Assembly: GCA_041659765.1 (NCBI GenBank)
Contig: JBAZXR010000001.1
Coordinates: forward strand, 467,338-531,337
Reading direction: 5' to 3'
DNA length: 64,000 nt
Source: Patescibacteria group bacterium
Lineage (GTDB): Bacteria; Patescibacteriota; Patescibacteriia; UBA9934
Part shown: positions 1-9,923 of the stretch, piece by piece
Layout of the letters: each line of letters opens with the position of its first letter
Position numbering within the stretch: the stretch's first letter is position 1
Position numbers and translations under genes: made by a program
Notes under the pieces: generated by a model
Told to the model about the DNA's origin: nothing
Databases searched by the model: none
The model's input: only the letters and a program-made list of their open reading frames with translations

Positions 1-650
1 TGATCAGCGGGCTCGATGAGCGTTGTCTTCACGCCGACCGAAGCAAAAAAAGTAGCAAATTCACAGCCCACTGGTCCCCCGCCAATAATCGCGATCGATT
101 TTGGCAAACGCGGCAGGCTAACGGCATCAGCATAACCGAGCACCTCAACATCCTCTAGGCCGGCAATCGGCGGAACCAAATCGGTAGTGCCGGTAGCTAT
201 AACAATCGACTTCGCCTTCAGCACTCGCGAACCAGCTCGCAAAGTATGGGCATCTTCAAAAACTGCCTTGCCTCTTATCACATCAACCCCCTGACTTTTC
301 AGATAATTCTCAAGGCGGCCACCACCGACGATCGCCTGGATCACCGACTCTTTTCGGGCCATGGCTCGCTTTAGATCAAATCGCGGAGAGCCAAGTACGC
401 CGAACTCTAGACCATCTTTAAGAAAACTTTTGTACATCTTGGCCGAGGCGAGCAACGACTTGGTAGGCACGCAGGCTCGGTTGGGACACTCTCCGCCGAG
501 ATTTCCTGATTCAATCAAGCAAATACGTGATGCCCCAGCTGCCTTAGCCCCTTCAACCGCGGCCATGCCGGCACCCCCGCCGCCAATAATCACCACCTCA
601 AAAGTTGTGGAAGCAGAGGAGGTTGCGGATAGCTTGGAAGATCGTTTCAT
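1..650 (-). CDS. Class-I pyridine nucleotide-disulfide oxidoreductase (dihydrolipoamide dehydrogenase/mercuric reductase family), 3' end outside window
   Basis: Not in ORF track; manual translation from ATG at 650 gives VVIIGGGGAGMAA (FAD-binding) and LGGECPNRACVPTKSLL (redox-active CxxxxC), later IAIIGGGPVGCEFA. Confidence 0.9.
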   Translation of the reverse strand, partial: MKRSSKLSATSSASTTFEVVIIGGGGAGMAAVEGAKAAGASRICLIESGNLGGECPNRACVPTKSLLASAKMYKSFLKDGLEFGVLGSPRFDLKRAMARKESVIQAIVGGGRLENYLKSQGVDVIRGKAVFEDAHTLRAGSRVLKAKSIVIATGTTDLVPPIAGLEDVEVLGYADAVSLPRLPKSIAIIGGGPVGCEFATFFASVGVKTTLIEPAD

Positions 651-653
651 ACT

Positions 654-1661
654 TTATCTGAAGATGGTTCTGGCTTCGTCATAAAGCCGCGAGTTGCCAT
701 GAGCCTTTAGGAAGTACCACCATTCTACGCCCCACAAATATACCTCAGAAAACCCGGTTCGTTTGGCAAAAGCTACATGGTCGCGCAACCGTTCTGCAGG
801 GAAAGCCGTATACGCCTTAGCCAAATCTTCCGGCATATTGCCACCGTCAAACCACGGCTCGGCCTGAAGCTCAGAAATGATAGTTTGCTTCACCCAGAGG
901 GCAATGGTTTGGCGCTCGACTGCATACCAAGCCGCAGAATGCGGGTAAACCACCGGACCAATATGCTTGTTCCACACCACCCTATACAGACTTACCCCAA
1001 GCACATCAGCACTCTTAGCCAGATCTAGCCACGGTTCGCTTTCACCGCTGACGGTTAGCTGAATATCATGTGTAGGATCCGTTAACCGAACTGCTTCAAT
1101 CTCTCGCTTGAGTAAACTTAGGTCAGGCGGAGGACAAAGACCAAAAGGAAACAGCGGCTCGTTCTCTACTTGATAGCGCAAGAGTGCCGGACTGTCTTTG
1201 TAGCGTTCCACAGTAGTCTCAAGGAAACCTACTAGATCATCACCGTAGGCCGGCGTCCCAATTTCGTCCTGAATAAAAGCTGGCAAATGGCATTCTGGCC
1301 AACGTGGAACTTTGGCTCCGATAACTAGCGTAATCTTCACCCCGCGTTTAGCGGCTTCCTGCATGAAGTAATCCGTCTCCTGCCAATCATACTGGCCGCG
1401 TATTTTCTCAGTCTCGTTCCAGTAAACCGGCACGCGAATGTACTTCACTCCTAGATCATCCATGAGGCTCAGGTACGTCTCCCAAGCGTTCAATTTGAGA
1501 TACCTGGCCTGAGGCGCAGAAAACGTCACCCCAAAGTTAACTGATCGCGGCCATAGAAATATTTTACCGAAGACAAGCGTCGCGACGAGAAAAAGGAGGA
1601 CAAAGAAAAGTCCTCCGAGCACCTGAGGAACACGCAGATTAAATTTGTTCGCGTTTTTCAC
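654..1661 (-). CDS. Membrane-anchored clan GH-A glycoside hydrolase (GH5/GH42-like TIM barrel)
   Basis: N-terminal TM; LGVKYIRVPVYW, YQVENEP (acid/base) and ISELQAEPW (nucleophile) motifs. Confidence 0.7.
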   Translation of the reverse strand: MKNANKFNLRVPQVLGGLFFVLLFLVATLVFGKIFLWPRSVNFGVTFSAPQARYLKLNAWETYLSLMDDLGVKYIRVPVYWNETEKIRGQYDWQETDYFMQEAAKRGVKITLVIGAKVPRWPECHLPAFIQDEIGTPAYGDDLVGFLETTVERYKDSPALLRYQVENEPLFPFGLCPPPDLSLLKREIEAVRLTDPTHDIQLTVSGESEPWLDLAKSADVLGVSLYRVVWNKHIGPVVYPHSAAWYAVERQTIALWVKQTIISELQAEPWFDGGNMPEDLAKAYTAFPAERLRDHVAFAKRTGFSEVYLWGVEWWYFLKAHGNSRLYDEARTIFR

Positions 1662-3207
1662 GGATATAAGCTAGCCAACCCTCAATAAACTGAATGGCGA
1701 CTTTAAGCGGAGCTTCAATGATGAAGTCAAAGAAATAAATAAACACATTGATTTTAGAAACTTTTTCTGATAGCCAAGAGCCGGCACGAACTATCGGCAA
1801 GAGCAAAATATCAAAGATGGTGCCAAAGAAGCCGCTCCTGGAATCAGAAGCGATCACGTCATTGGCGCTGGTACGAATACGGATACCGAAGAACGTTACC
1901 AGCGAGATAAAGAACAGGAAGAGACCGATGGACAACGCATGGAACTGAGCCAAGTGCAGCACCCAGGCAATAGCTCCGTAGACGCCAGCGAATAATAAGG
2001 CGTATATAGCGTCAAAGAAAATTTGCCACTTGCCACGAACGATCCGTTTCACGCGCACATGAAGAACCGGATGGTCAGCGCCAACCGAGAGCGCACGGAT
2101 TGCATTTTTATAGTCCTCGGTATTTTGTTTCTCCGGGATCTTAATGGTGAGCGAAATAATGGCCAAGAAAATAGGATGGAACAGAATATTTACGAAGAGC
2201 GGATAAAGCGGAGCCTTGCCCTGAAAAAAGATGGCATCATAAGGCACTTCCAACAACATCGCCAAAAACATCTTCGTGATGATCAAGAAAATAATAGCTC
2301 GGACGGTGGTGCGGCGGAGGCGAACCTTAAAATCCTTAGTTCTGACCGAGAGCGCCTCAGTCACGGCCGAATCAAGCTCGGCCGGATCCTCATGAACGTC
2401 TTCCTTGGCACCCTTCAGGACATCGCCGAGCACACGGAAGATGCCGGCGCGTCTACGCAATAGTCTAGTCAGCCGCTCGGTTAGCGGATGTGTAATCTGG
2501 CCCTCAATAGCACTAACTACAGCCGGGAGATTAGCCGCAATCTCGGCCACGAGCGGATCTGTGGCCGTGGCTTCCCGCCAGGTAGGATAATAGAGAGTAA
2601 ATAAACGGAAACGCAGAGTAGCCGGGGTAGATTTCAAAAGCGAACGATGAACGGCCACGTAAAAACGCAAATCCTTATCTTCCGCTGAAATGGCTAAGGT
2701 CGGGTCCCATTCAGTGCGAACTTTCATCTCTTCATACATGAAGCTAGCCAGCGCCTCATCGGCATTGGGCGGTTGAAGCAAGTACTCAATCTCCGTCGCG
2801 AGGATATCGAGCACCACGTGAAAAAGTACATCTGCCTGTTCCTTGTCTACTTCGGCGGATTTAAGCAAGACTTCGTACTTCGCGAGAATCGGTGCGATCT
2901 GGTGGACAAAAGACGTTGGGACAACTTTGTTCGGCAAGTACTTCGCCCAAACTAGTTCACGCAGAAGATTTCCGGCGGTGCTTTCAAGACTAGCGTGCGT
3001 ACCAACGTAGCGTTTCAAAATTCGCAAAATTGCGTTGCGACGAAGCAAGTGCTCTTCCTGATACTCTAAAGAATTCCTAATTTTTTCGTAAATAGAGGCT
3101 GCGGTGGATGCCGGAGCGCTCACCTCAATAAACTCATCGCTCGCTTTAGAGCCAAAAGCCTTATCCGGAACTAGATGCTGGGCCAGGCGCAAAAGACGTT
3201 CGGACAT
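1639..3207 (-). CDS. Conserved hypothetical membrane protein (CPR-type) with C-terminal TM helices
   Basis: 522-aa ORF, YEKIRNSLEYQEEHLLRR N-terminal motif, 4-5 hydrophobic helices at C-terminus. Confidence 0.7.
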   Translation of the reverse strand: MSERLLRLAQHLVPDKAFGSKASDEFIEVSAPASTAASIYEKIRNSLEYQEEHLLRRNAILRILKRYVGTHASLESTAGNLLRELVWAKYLPNKVVPTSFVHQIAPILAKYEVLLKSAEVDKEQADVLFHVVLDILATEIEYLLQPPNADEALASFMYEEMKVRTEWDPTLAISAEDKDLRFYVAVHRSLLKSTPATLRFRLFTLYYPTWREATATDPLVAEIAANLPAVVSAIEGQITHPLTERLTRLLRRRAGIFRVLGDVLKGAKEDVHEDPAELDSAVTEALSVRTKDFKVRLRRTTVRAIIFLIITKMFLAMLLEVPYDAIFFQGKAPLYPLFVNILFHPIFLAIISLTIKIPEKQNTEDYKNAIRALSVGADHPVLHVRVKRIVRGKWQIFFDAIYALLFAGVYGAIAWVLHLAQFHALSIGLFLFFISLVTFFGIRIRTSANDVIASDSRSGFFGTIFDILLLPIVRAGSWLSEKVSKINVFIYFFDFIIEAPLKVAIQFIEGWLAYIREKREQI

Positions 3208-3210
3208 AAA

Positions 3211-3960
3211 TTAAAAGAAGTGCCGTTCTGATGTTTTCTTGCAAATATCGTAGGCTTCCTCTGCCGTATCCACAATCCTAACCAAATCTAGATCTTTTCT
3301 ATCAACGGCGTCCATCTTAGCATAAACCTCACTCTGAATCCAGTTCCATAGACCGCCCCAAAACTCCTTACCGACCAGGACGATGGGGATGTGTTCTGAC
3401 TTGCCAGTTTGGATCAACGTAATAATTTCAAACATCTCATCAAGCGTCCCGAACCCGCCTGGAAAAAAGACGTAGGCCTGGCTAGAAGCAGCCAGCATCA
3501 CCTTCCGGGTAAAGAAATAATAAAAGGCCTTGCTGTCAGTCACGTATGGATTGATTCTTTGCTCTTTAGGCAACTGAATGTTAAGACCAACGGAACGAGC
3601 TCCAACTTCAAATGCCCCTTTGTTAGCCGCCTCCATGATGCCAGGCCCGCCGCCAGTCACCACCGTAAAGCCTCCCTTGCCAAGCAAGGCGCCAAGTTTA
3701 ACCGCCTCTCCGTACCAGCGCTGGCCCGGCGGGATACGCGCCGAACCAAAAACTGAAACCTCTTTTTTTGTAGTAGACAAAAACTGGAAGCCCTCAACAA
3801 ACTCCGCCATGATCCGAAAAATTCGCCACGTGATATCACTCATGCGTGGCGGCGCACCTAGGTCACGACAAATTTTCTTTTCCTCATCCGTAAGCGGTAT
3901 CCTAGCGTGGGGATCATGCTGTTTCCCGCTCACAGATTTTGAGCCTCCGAACATATCCAT
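3211..3960 (-). CDS. LOG-family nucleotide monophosphate nucleosidase (TIGR00730 type)
   Basis: [37 protein letters not shown] motifs; start set at MDMFGG downstream of TACAAT. Confidence 0.92.
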   Translation of the reverse strand: MDMFGGSKSVSGKQHDPHARIPLTDEEKKICRDLGAPPRMSDITWRIFRIMAEFVEGFQFLSTTKKEVSVFGSARIPPGQRWYGEAVKLGALLGKGGFTVVTGGGPGIMEAANKGAFEVGARSVGLNIQLPKEQRINPYVTDSKAFYYFFTRKVMLAASSQAYVFFPGGFGTLDEMFEIITLIQTGKSEHIPIVLVGKEFWGGLWNWIQSEVYAKMDAVDRKDLDLVRIVDTAEEAYDICKKTSERHFF

Positions 3961-3979
3961 ACGGTAACTATTGTAACAC

Positions 3980-4018
3980 AAAACACGCGCCCCATTCAGA
4001 TGGAGCGCGTGTTTTTTT
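3980..4018. terminator. Intrinsic terminator (probably bidirectional)
   Basis: AAAACACGCGC...GCGCGTGTTTT stem directly after the surface-protein stop. Confidence 0.75.
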
Positions 4019-6091
4019 CTAGTGTGAGTTGAGAGCTGACCGGGTCTTCATGTTCGTCATGTTCACCGGGAAAGCAGTGTCAATCTCTTTTCCTAGCGTA
4101 AATTTCTTATAGAAGGCTGGGGACACGTCAATCACGTAGTCTGCCCAGTGAGTGCCAAACACATATTCGGCCGTCATCTCATTAGGAACCTCTCTTAGAA
4201 TGGTATTGCCAGAAGCGTCATTCTCCAGGGCGTACACTTCGGTAGCGCTCTGAATTTTGACGAGAACTGTTCCGGCCTTCGGCAAGACGAGAGACCCCAT
4301 TGGATAATTCGCCAAAGCTTCATCCGGCAAGGTCTTCACTACGTCCCATGAATCCTGGTAGGTGAAATAAGTTTGTTCGTCGATCAATACATGGCGCACC
4401 ATATCAGCACTCACGTAGTAGACGGTGGACCAAGAAGTTCCGCGAATATAATCGCCGGCCATGACGCCATTACCATCAACCAATGCGCTGTCAGTGGTAC
4501 CGAGCACCTGGGCTGGCGGGGCAACTGGGGTGATTACCGCCGCTGGTGCCGGGTCAATACCTGGAAGATTCGGAGCAATGTAACCGCTACCACCCCGACT
4601 ACCACCAGAAGACTGGTTTGTAGTGAAAGTAATGGTACGACGCGCTGTCCGATTGCCACGCAAGTCTGTCATGTCAAGCACTACGCCCCTGCGCATTGCT
4701 GCACCAATCTGTATGTGATACGTGTTATTAATCAGCAAATCTGTGTCCGGATTTAATGTCACAACAGGACCAAAGCCCCCAACTATACTGGATTGTTCCT
4801 GCAAACTAACGGAAGAAGAAGCAATGGAATCTGTTGAGATATCCTCCGAGAAAGTGAGCGCTAAATCTGACGACAAATTAGCCAGATTGCCACCGTCTGC
4901 AGGCGTTGATGACACAAGAACCGGAGCGGCTCCGTCAAAAACCTCTAACGTGGCATAAAACTGCTGATAGGCCCGGGACTGGTTGCCACTTGAATCAGTA
5001 AGCAGGAAGTCTGGACCATCAGTTACATCCGCAATAGAGAAAGCTGAACCAGCTCCCGTAGAAACTACAGAAGATTCAACCAACGGCAAACGGATCGTAG
5101 AGGAATCAACCGTAATCAGGTCAGTCGAGTCATTACCAAAACTTACACCGGCAAAACCACCATTTCCTACAATCATCAGGGAATTTGGTGCGAGCGAGCT
5201 CGAAGACGCACTCACGGTCTCCGTCAACTCAAGATCAAGGCTGTCAATCATGCCATCGGCATCACCATCAAGGTAAGTCAAAGACTTCATGAGCGGCTTA
5301 GCCAAGTCAACAACTGAAGCCTGGGGCTGTGCGCCCACGTTCAAATCAGGGTTCAAGAAGACATCGGACGCGCTATAAGTAGGCGTCGTAGCTAAGGCGA
5401 AGGCGCCAGAATCATCATGCGTGTCAATAGCTGAGCCTTCGCTCAACAGAACGGAAACCCATTTCATGTCTACACCAATTTCAAGATTACCGCTGATACC
5501 GTCTGGGCCAACGGCAGCTACGGTCGTACCCGTAAAATCACCGGCATTAGCTATTTCAAAACTACTAACAGAAAAGAAGGCTCCATCGGAAAGCGCCTCA
5601 GAATACCGGACAATCAAATGGTCGATTTTTCCGTTCCAGTTATCATCCGTATACTCGATTGAGCGGATCACCGGACCGGCGCCGTCTGTAGCCGTCACTG
5701 AACCGTCGGCAGAAGAACCGGAAGTATCAAGAACCCCGTTCACGAGAACGTTACAGGTAACACCGGTATCCATATATATCACACTCTCTTCAGTGATAGA
5801 GAGTGAGACGGAGTCAGGTCCAGTTGAAGCAGCTGCGGTAACTGGAAAAGCTGGAGTGAAAAAGGTGCAGCTAGCGGTAGAAAAATCCGAGGCGGCCAAA
5901 GAAGTCGCGTCAATCGGGCCGGAAAAAGTGACATCAATGTGATCGAGTCGACCGTTATGATCAGCGTCTCGCATGACAGCGCCGGAAACCGTGGTGACAG
6001 AAACCGCGAACGCCGCAGAAGGCAGCGCGGCAACGCCTGAACCCACTAACATCAATGAAAAAATACCGGCGATAGATTTACGAATATTCAT
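4019..6091 (-). CDS. Large secreted surface protein: tandem Ig-like repeats with DxDxD/NG motifs, Big_5/SbsA-like domain, CPR-type C-terminal domain
   Basis: Signal peptide (PSAAFA), three D-x-D-x-[DN]-G-x-[IL]-D repeats, [15 protein letters not shown]...LTFSEDI, Gly/Ser linker. Confidence 0.75.
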   Translation of the reverse strand: MNIRKSIAGIFSLMLVGSGVAALPSAAFAVSVTTVSGAVMRDADHNGRLDHIDVTFSGPIDATSLAASDFSTASCTFFTPAFPVTAAASTGPDSVSLSITEESVIYMDTGVTCNVLVNGVLDTSGSSADGSVTATDGAGPVIRSIEYTDDNWNGKIDHLIVRYSEALSDGAFFSVSSFEIANAGDFTGTTVAAVGPDGISGNLEIGVDMKWVSVLLSEGSAIDTHDDSGAFALATTPTYSASDVFLNPDLNVGAQPQASVVDLAKPLMKSLTYLDGDADGMIDSLDLELTETVSASSSSLAPNSLMIVGNGGFAGVSFGNDSTDLITVDSSTIRLPLVESSVVSTGAGSAFSIADVTDGPDFLLTDSSGNQSRAYQQFYATLEVFDGAAPVLVSSTPADGGNLANLSSDLALTFSEDISTDSIASSSVSLQEQSSIVGGFGPVVTLNPDTDLLINNTYHIQIGAAMRRGVVLDMTDLRGNRTARRTITFTTNQSSGGSRGGSGYIAPNLPGIDPAPAAVITPVAPPAQVLGTTDSALVDGNGVMAGDYIRGTSWSTVYYVSADMVRHVLIDEQTYFTYQDSWDVVKTLPDEALANYPMGSLVLPKAGTVLVKIQSATEVYALENDASGNTILREVPNEMTAEYVFGTHWADYVIDVSPAFYKKFTLGKEIDTAFPVNMTNMKTRSALNSH

Positions 6092-6117
6092 AGGAATAAC
6101 AATAATTACTGCGCGAA

Positions 6118-6146
6118 ATAGTAACATAAAAACCGACTTTTGTCAA
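6118..6146 (-). promoter_or_regulatory. Sigma70 promoter of surface-protein gene
   Basis: TTGACA-17 nt-TACTAT on minus strand. Confidence 0.75.
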
Positions 6147-6174
6147 TGTAAAAGCCAGTTTTACAAGGCTGTTT

Positions 6175-7446
6175 CTACTGTTTCCTTAGGAATCCTCGGG
6201 CATCAAGTACAACCCCGCTGCGAACCCGTGTTCGAAGTTCGGACAACGAGTAAGAGGCGAATTCTGGCCATTCCGTTAACAGGGCCAAGGCGTCTGCACC
6301 GCGCAGGGATGATTCTGGATCAAGCGCCACCTCAACCAAAGGGAACTGCCCCCTAATTTTCTCCCCAACTTTTGGATCACACGTAACAACAGATGCGCCT
6401 TCGCGCAACAAACGATCAATAAAGTATAACGCCGGGGATTCGCGCGTGTCATCCGTTCCCGCTTTATAAGAAACACCCCAGAGAACGATACGTTTCCCGC
6501 GCACTCCGCCAAGCGAGTTCGATAACGATTCATACATTCGTACGCGCTGGCCTACGTTTACCCGGTCAACCTCCGGAATGATCTGAAACCTGTAGCCTGC
6601 CTCTTTGCCGGCAACTACTAGAGCCCGCACATCTTTTGGCAAACAACTTCCGCCATAGCCAATGCCTGGTTTTAAAAACTTCGGCCCGATACGGCTATCA
6701 AGACCCATGCCCTTGGCCACATCCTGGGCGGAAGCACCAACAAGCTCGGCGTAATTAGCGATCTCATTAATAAAACTAATTTTTGTGGCGAGAAAGGCGT
6801 TCGCTGCGTATTTAGTAAGTTCACTGGTGGGAATATTTGTAGAAACCAACGGAATACCGCGGGCGATGAGCGGTGCATAGAGCTCGCGCAAAGCTGATTC
6901 GCCAGTCTCGCCTTCTGATCCAATAATAATGCGCTCAGGTTCGAGCGAATCTTTGACCGCACTGCCCTCGGCTAAAAATTCAGGATTTGAAGCAACCGCA
7001 TATGGCTGCGTCACACCGCGCAAACGTAGTTCCTCGCCGATAATTTCCTGACAGTGCTTGCCCGTGCCCGGCGGAACTGTAGAGCGGACAACAAACACGC
7101 TTCCCCGCTCAATGCCTCGCCCAAAATCACGTGCAACGTCATAGACCGCAGAAAGGTCAGCGGCGCCGTTGGGGAGTGGCGGCGTACCGACAGAACAAAG
7201 CACGATATCTGTCTGCGCGACGGTATCAAGCGTGGCGGCAGAAATGATCAAATTCCCCGTTGAAAGACCCGCAGAAAACAGCTCGGGCAAGCCGGGCTCA
7301 AAAAACGGCAAATCGCCCCTCTTCAGGGCGATGATCCTCTCTTCACGATTGTCCGTTAAAACGACATCGTGTCCCAGGTGTGCAAGCACGGCTGCGGAAA
7401 TAATCCCCACCCAACCGGCCCCAACCACAGTTACTTTCATACCCAT
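6175..7446 (-). CDS. ugd: UDP-glucose/GDP-mannose 6-dehydrogenase
   Basis: VVGAGWVG, STVPPGT, NPEFLAEG, KYAANAFLATKISFINE, GYGGSCLPKD. Confidence 0.93.
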   Translation of the reverse strand: MGMKVTVVGAGWVGIISAAVLAHLGHDVVLTDNREERIIALKRGDLPFFEPGLPELFSAGLSTGNLIISAATLDTVAQTDIVLCSVGTPPLPNGAADLSAVYDVARDFGRGIERGSVFVVRSTVPPGTGKHCQEIIGEELRLRGVTQPYAVASNPEFLAEGSAVKDSLEPERIIIGSEGETGESALRELYAPLIARGIPLVSTNIPTSELTKYAANAFLATKISFINEIANYAELVGASAQDVAKGMGLDSRIGPKFLKPGIGYGGSCLPKDVRALVVAGKEAGYRFQIIPEVDRVNVGQRVRMYESLSNSLGGVRGKRIVLWGVSYKAGTDDTRESPALYFIDRLLREGASVVTCDPKVGEKIRGQFPLVEVALDPESSLRGADALALLTEWPEFASYSLSELRTRVRSGVVLDARGFLRKQ

Positions 7447-7464
7447 CAGGTTTCAGGTGTCAGG

Positions 7465-8025
7465 TTAAAACGACGCCTCGGCCACCTTCTGCCCTTTTTG
7501 GTCGGCTGATTTCTGCTCCTTCATGATGACGAGCGTCCGGTAAGCGTCAGGTTCAGCAATACCACTAAGCGCGCCCGCCGTAAAGTCCGCTACCCAGCTG
7601 CCATCCGCTCTCGGCGACAAGTCCCCCATTCGCTTAACATCGGCCAATCCATCTTTCAAGAGCCAGACTGCGTACGTTTGAGTGAGACCGTCTATTCCTG
7701 GAAGATACACGATCAAGTGATAATCGGCACTTTTTTCTCCAGGGGTTCTATTTGCCACACCCGTCGCTTTACCGTCAGTTGAAGAAATAATATCCGAGCG
7801 GAAAAGCATGGGTTCGGCCGCGGAAACTGAGCCAGGAGAAAGTAAATCGGTCACCGTCCCGGAACCAGCCGCAATTTTTTCCGTAGTTGACGCACCGCCG
7901 CGCAGCCAATTCATACCGCCCCAAAATAGCCCTCCTCCAAGGACAATAAGAAAAGCTGAAGACAAGAGCGACCGGCCAAATGAGGATCGTTTTCGGCGAG
8001 TGTGCCGAAAAACGCGTTGGGTCAT
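7465..8025 (-). CDS. Hypothetical single-pass membrane protein
   Basis: Basic N-terminus, one TM helix, beta-rich extracellular domain (YAVWL...GDL...DG). Confidence 0.65.
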   Translation of the reverse strand: MTQRVFRHTRRKRSSFGRSLLSSAFLIVLGGGLFWGGMNWLRGGASTTEKIAAGSGTVTDLLSPGSVSAAEPMLFRSDIISSTDGKATGVANRTPGEKSADYHLIVYLPGIDGLTQTYAVWLLKDGLADVKRMGDLSPRADGSWVADFTAGALSGIAEPDAYRTLVIMKEQKSADQKGQKVAEASF

Positions 8026-8027
8026 AA

Positions 8028-9200
8028 TTAGGCCTGGAGGATTGCGCGCCTAATACTCTCCGCAGGGTTCTCCTCCAAGATGCTAGGTAGTATACACTGT
8101 TTTTCTGGGCTTTTTACTGTCCCAGCCAGAGCCTGTGCAGCAGCCAGTTTCATCTTCGAGGTTAGTCGGCGAACACGGCCATCGAGCAAGCCTCGAAACA
8201 GTCCGGGATACACGAGAACATTGTTAACTTGATTTGGATAATCAGAACGTCCAGTGGCGATAACTTCCGCTCCCCCAACAAGCGCTTCTTCCGGCATTAT
8301 TTCCGGCGTGGGATTCGCCAGCGCAAAGATAATTGAGCGCGGAGCCATGGTCGAAACCATCTCGCGGGTCACGAGACCTGGACGACTCACGCCGATAAAC
8401 ACATCAGCGTCTTTAAGAGCATCGGCGAGCGTTCCAAGTTTCCCGTCGAGGTTAATGATCTTCGCGAGTCTATCTTTTTCTGAGTTCATTTTCTCACGGC
8501 CGAGGGCGATAATGCCGACAGAGTCGAGAAGATCAATCTTCGTGGCGCCTGCGTCGATCAAAAGCTGAGTGATCGCAATGCCTGCCGCACCAGCGCCACT
8601 AATAACCATGCGAACATTCGACAATTCCTTCCCGACAACTTTCAAAGCATTGAACAGTCCACCAACAACCACAATCGCCGTGCAGTGCTGATCGTCGTGC
8701 ATGACGGGAATGTCGAGCTCCTCGGTTAATCGACGCTCAATCTCGAAGCATGCCGGAGCTGCGATATCTTCAAGATGGATTCCTCCGAACGTCGGCGCAA
8801 TCATTTTCACGGCCTGCACAATGTCGTCGACGTTCTTACTCGCAAGGACAATCGGCATGGCGTCTATGTCTGCATACTTCTTGTACAAGACCGCCTTCCC
8901 TTCCATCACCGGGAGTCCCGCCATCGGACCAATATCGCCCAAACCAAGCACCGAAGTGCCATCGCTTACCACCGCCACCGTGTTGCCCTTCATGGTCAGC
9001 TCGTAAGCAAGCTCCGGGTTCTTCTGAATCGCCAAACACGGCTCAGCTACGCCCGGGGTGTACGCAATAGATAAATCATCCTTGGTTTCAAGGGGCATCT
9101 TTGAAGTAATGGCCCATTTACCCTTCTTTTCTTTATGAGCAGCTAAGGAGAGCGCGGCGTAGTCTTTCTTTTCCATAAAACGAAAGTTATCGTTGGGCAA
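8028..9200 (-). CDS. NAD(P)-dependent malic enzyme
   Basis: AYTPGVA, VMEGKA, LEDIAAP, HDDQH, GAGAAG, FALANP, ATGRSDYPNQVNN. Confidence 0.95.
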   Translation of the reverse strand: MPNDNFRFMEKKDYAALSLAAHKEKKGKWAITSKMPLETKDDLSIAYTPGVAEPCLAIQKNPELAYELTMKGNTVAVVSDGTSVLGLGDIGPMAGLPVMEGKAVLYKKYADIDAMPIVLASKNVDDIVQAVKMIAPTFGGIHLEDIAAPACFEIERRLTEELDIPVMHDDQHCTAIVVVGGLFNALKVVGKELSNVRMVISGAGAAGIAITQLLIDAGATKIDLLDSVGIIALGREKMNSEKDRLAKIINLDGKLGTLADALKDADVFIGVSRPGLVTREMVSTMAPRSIIFALANPTPEIMPEEALVGGAEVIATGRSDYPNQVNNVLVYPGLFRGLLDGRVRRLTSKMKLAAAQALAGTVKSPEKQCILPSILEENPAESIRRAILQA

Positions 9201-9615
9201 AATATTCTGTCACTGCCGTATATTCCTCCTCATTTGAGAACTCCTCTCGCATGAATGTTTTCTCGTTCGGGTTGATCCATTCAGCGCCGGCATGCTCGTC
9301 CGATAACACTTCAGTGCCCGAGACGTACTCGGCTTCAAATACCGTGAGAAATACGTATCGATCCATGGTCTTGAGATATCTGCGAAACTGGCATGCGACT
9401 GCACCGAGCGTATAAACGATGCCTTCACCCAGCTCTTCCCGAATTTCGCGGGTAAGCGCGTTCTGCAATGGCGTAGTGTATTCGTCGTTATCAATGCGGC
9501 CGCCAGGAAAGTCGTATTTGCCACTATGCATCTTTAAAAACAGATATTTCCCGTCTTTCTTCAAAAGAATCTTCTGACCCACATGAAAAAGCCCGTAGTC
9601 TTTCTTCATTTCCAT
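9187..9615 (-). CDS. NUDIX hydrolase
   Basis: FPGGRID...ALTREIREELG Nudix box, SDEH motif. Confidence 0.88.
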   Translation of the reverse strand: MEMKKDYGLFHVGQKILLKKDGKYLFLKMHSGKYDFPGGRIDNDEYTTPLQNALTREIREELGEGIVYTLGAVACQFRRYLKTMDRYVFLTVFEAEYVSGTEVLSDEHAGAEWINPNEKTFMREEFSNEEEYTAVTEYFAQR

Positions 9616-9718
9616 AGTGAGAGGATATTACTCCCAGACCCTGACGCCAGGAAGGGTCTAGAGGTGGATGAATTAGAAAGTGCCCGGGATTCCTGTAATA
9701 TCTTTCAAGGAGGTTCGA

Positions 9719-9877
9719 ATGTCTCGTGGGAAGCCGAAGGACAAGACAGAGAAGCAGAATCCGCAGAAGAAACCTGTGAACCGGTACCTGATCATCAAGC
9801 CCGCGCTAGAAGCGGACGCAAAGCTCGCGACCCGATCAATGCAGGTCATTCGTCACCGCCATTGCAAGGTGCGCTAG
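9719..9877 (+). CDS. Small basic hypothetical protein (52 aa)
   Basis: AAGGAGGT SD before ATG; followed by hairpin and T-run at 9892-9925. Confidence 0.55.
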   Translation: MSRGKPKDKTEKQNPQKKPVNRYLIIKPALEADAKLATRSMQVIRHRHCKVR

Positions 9878-9923
9878 TTCAAATCGTCGCCACCGCCCGG
9901 AACCACGCCGAGCGGTATTTTTT

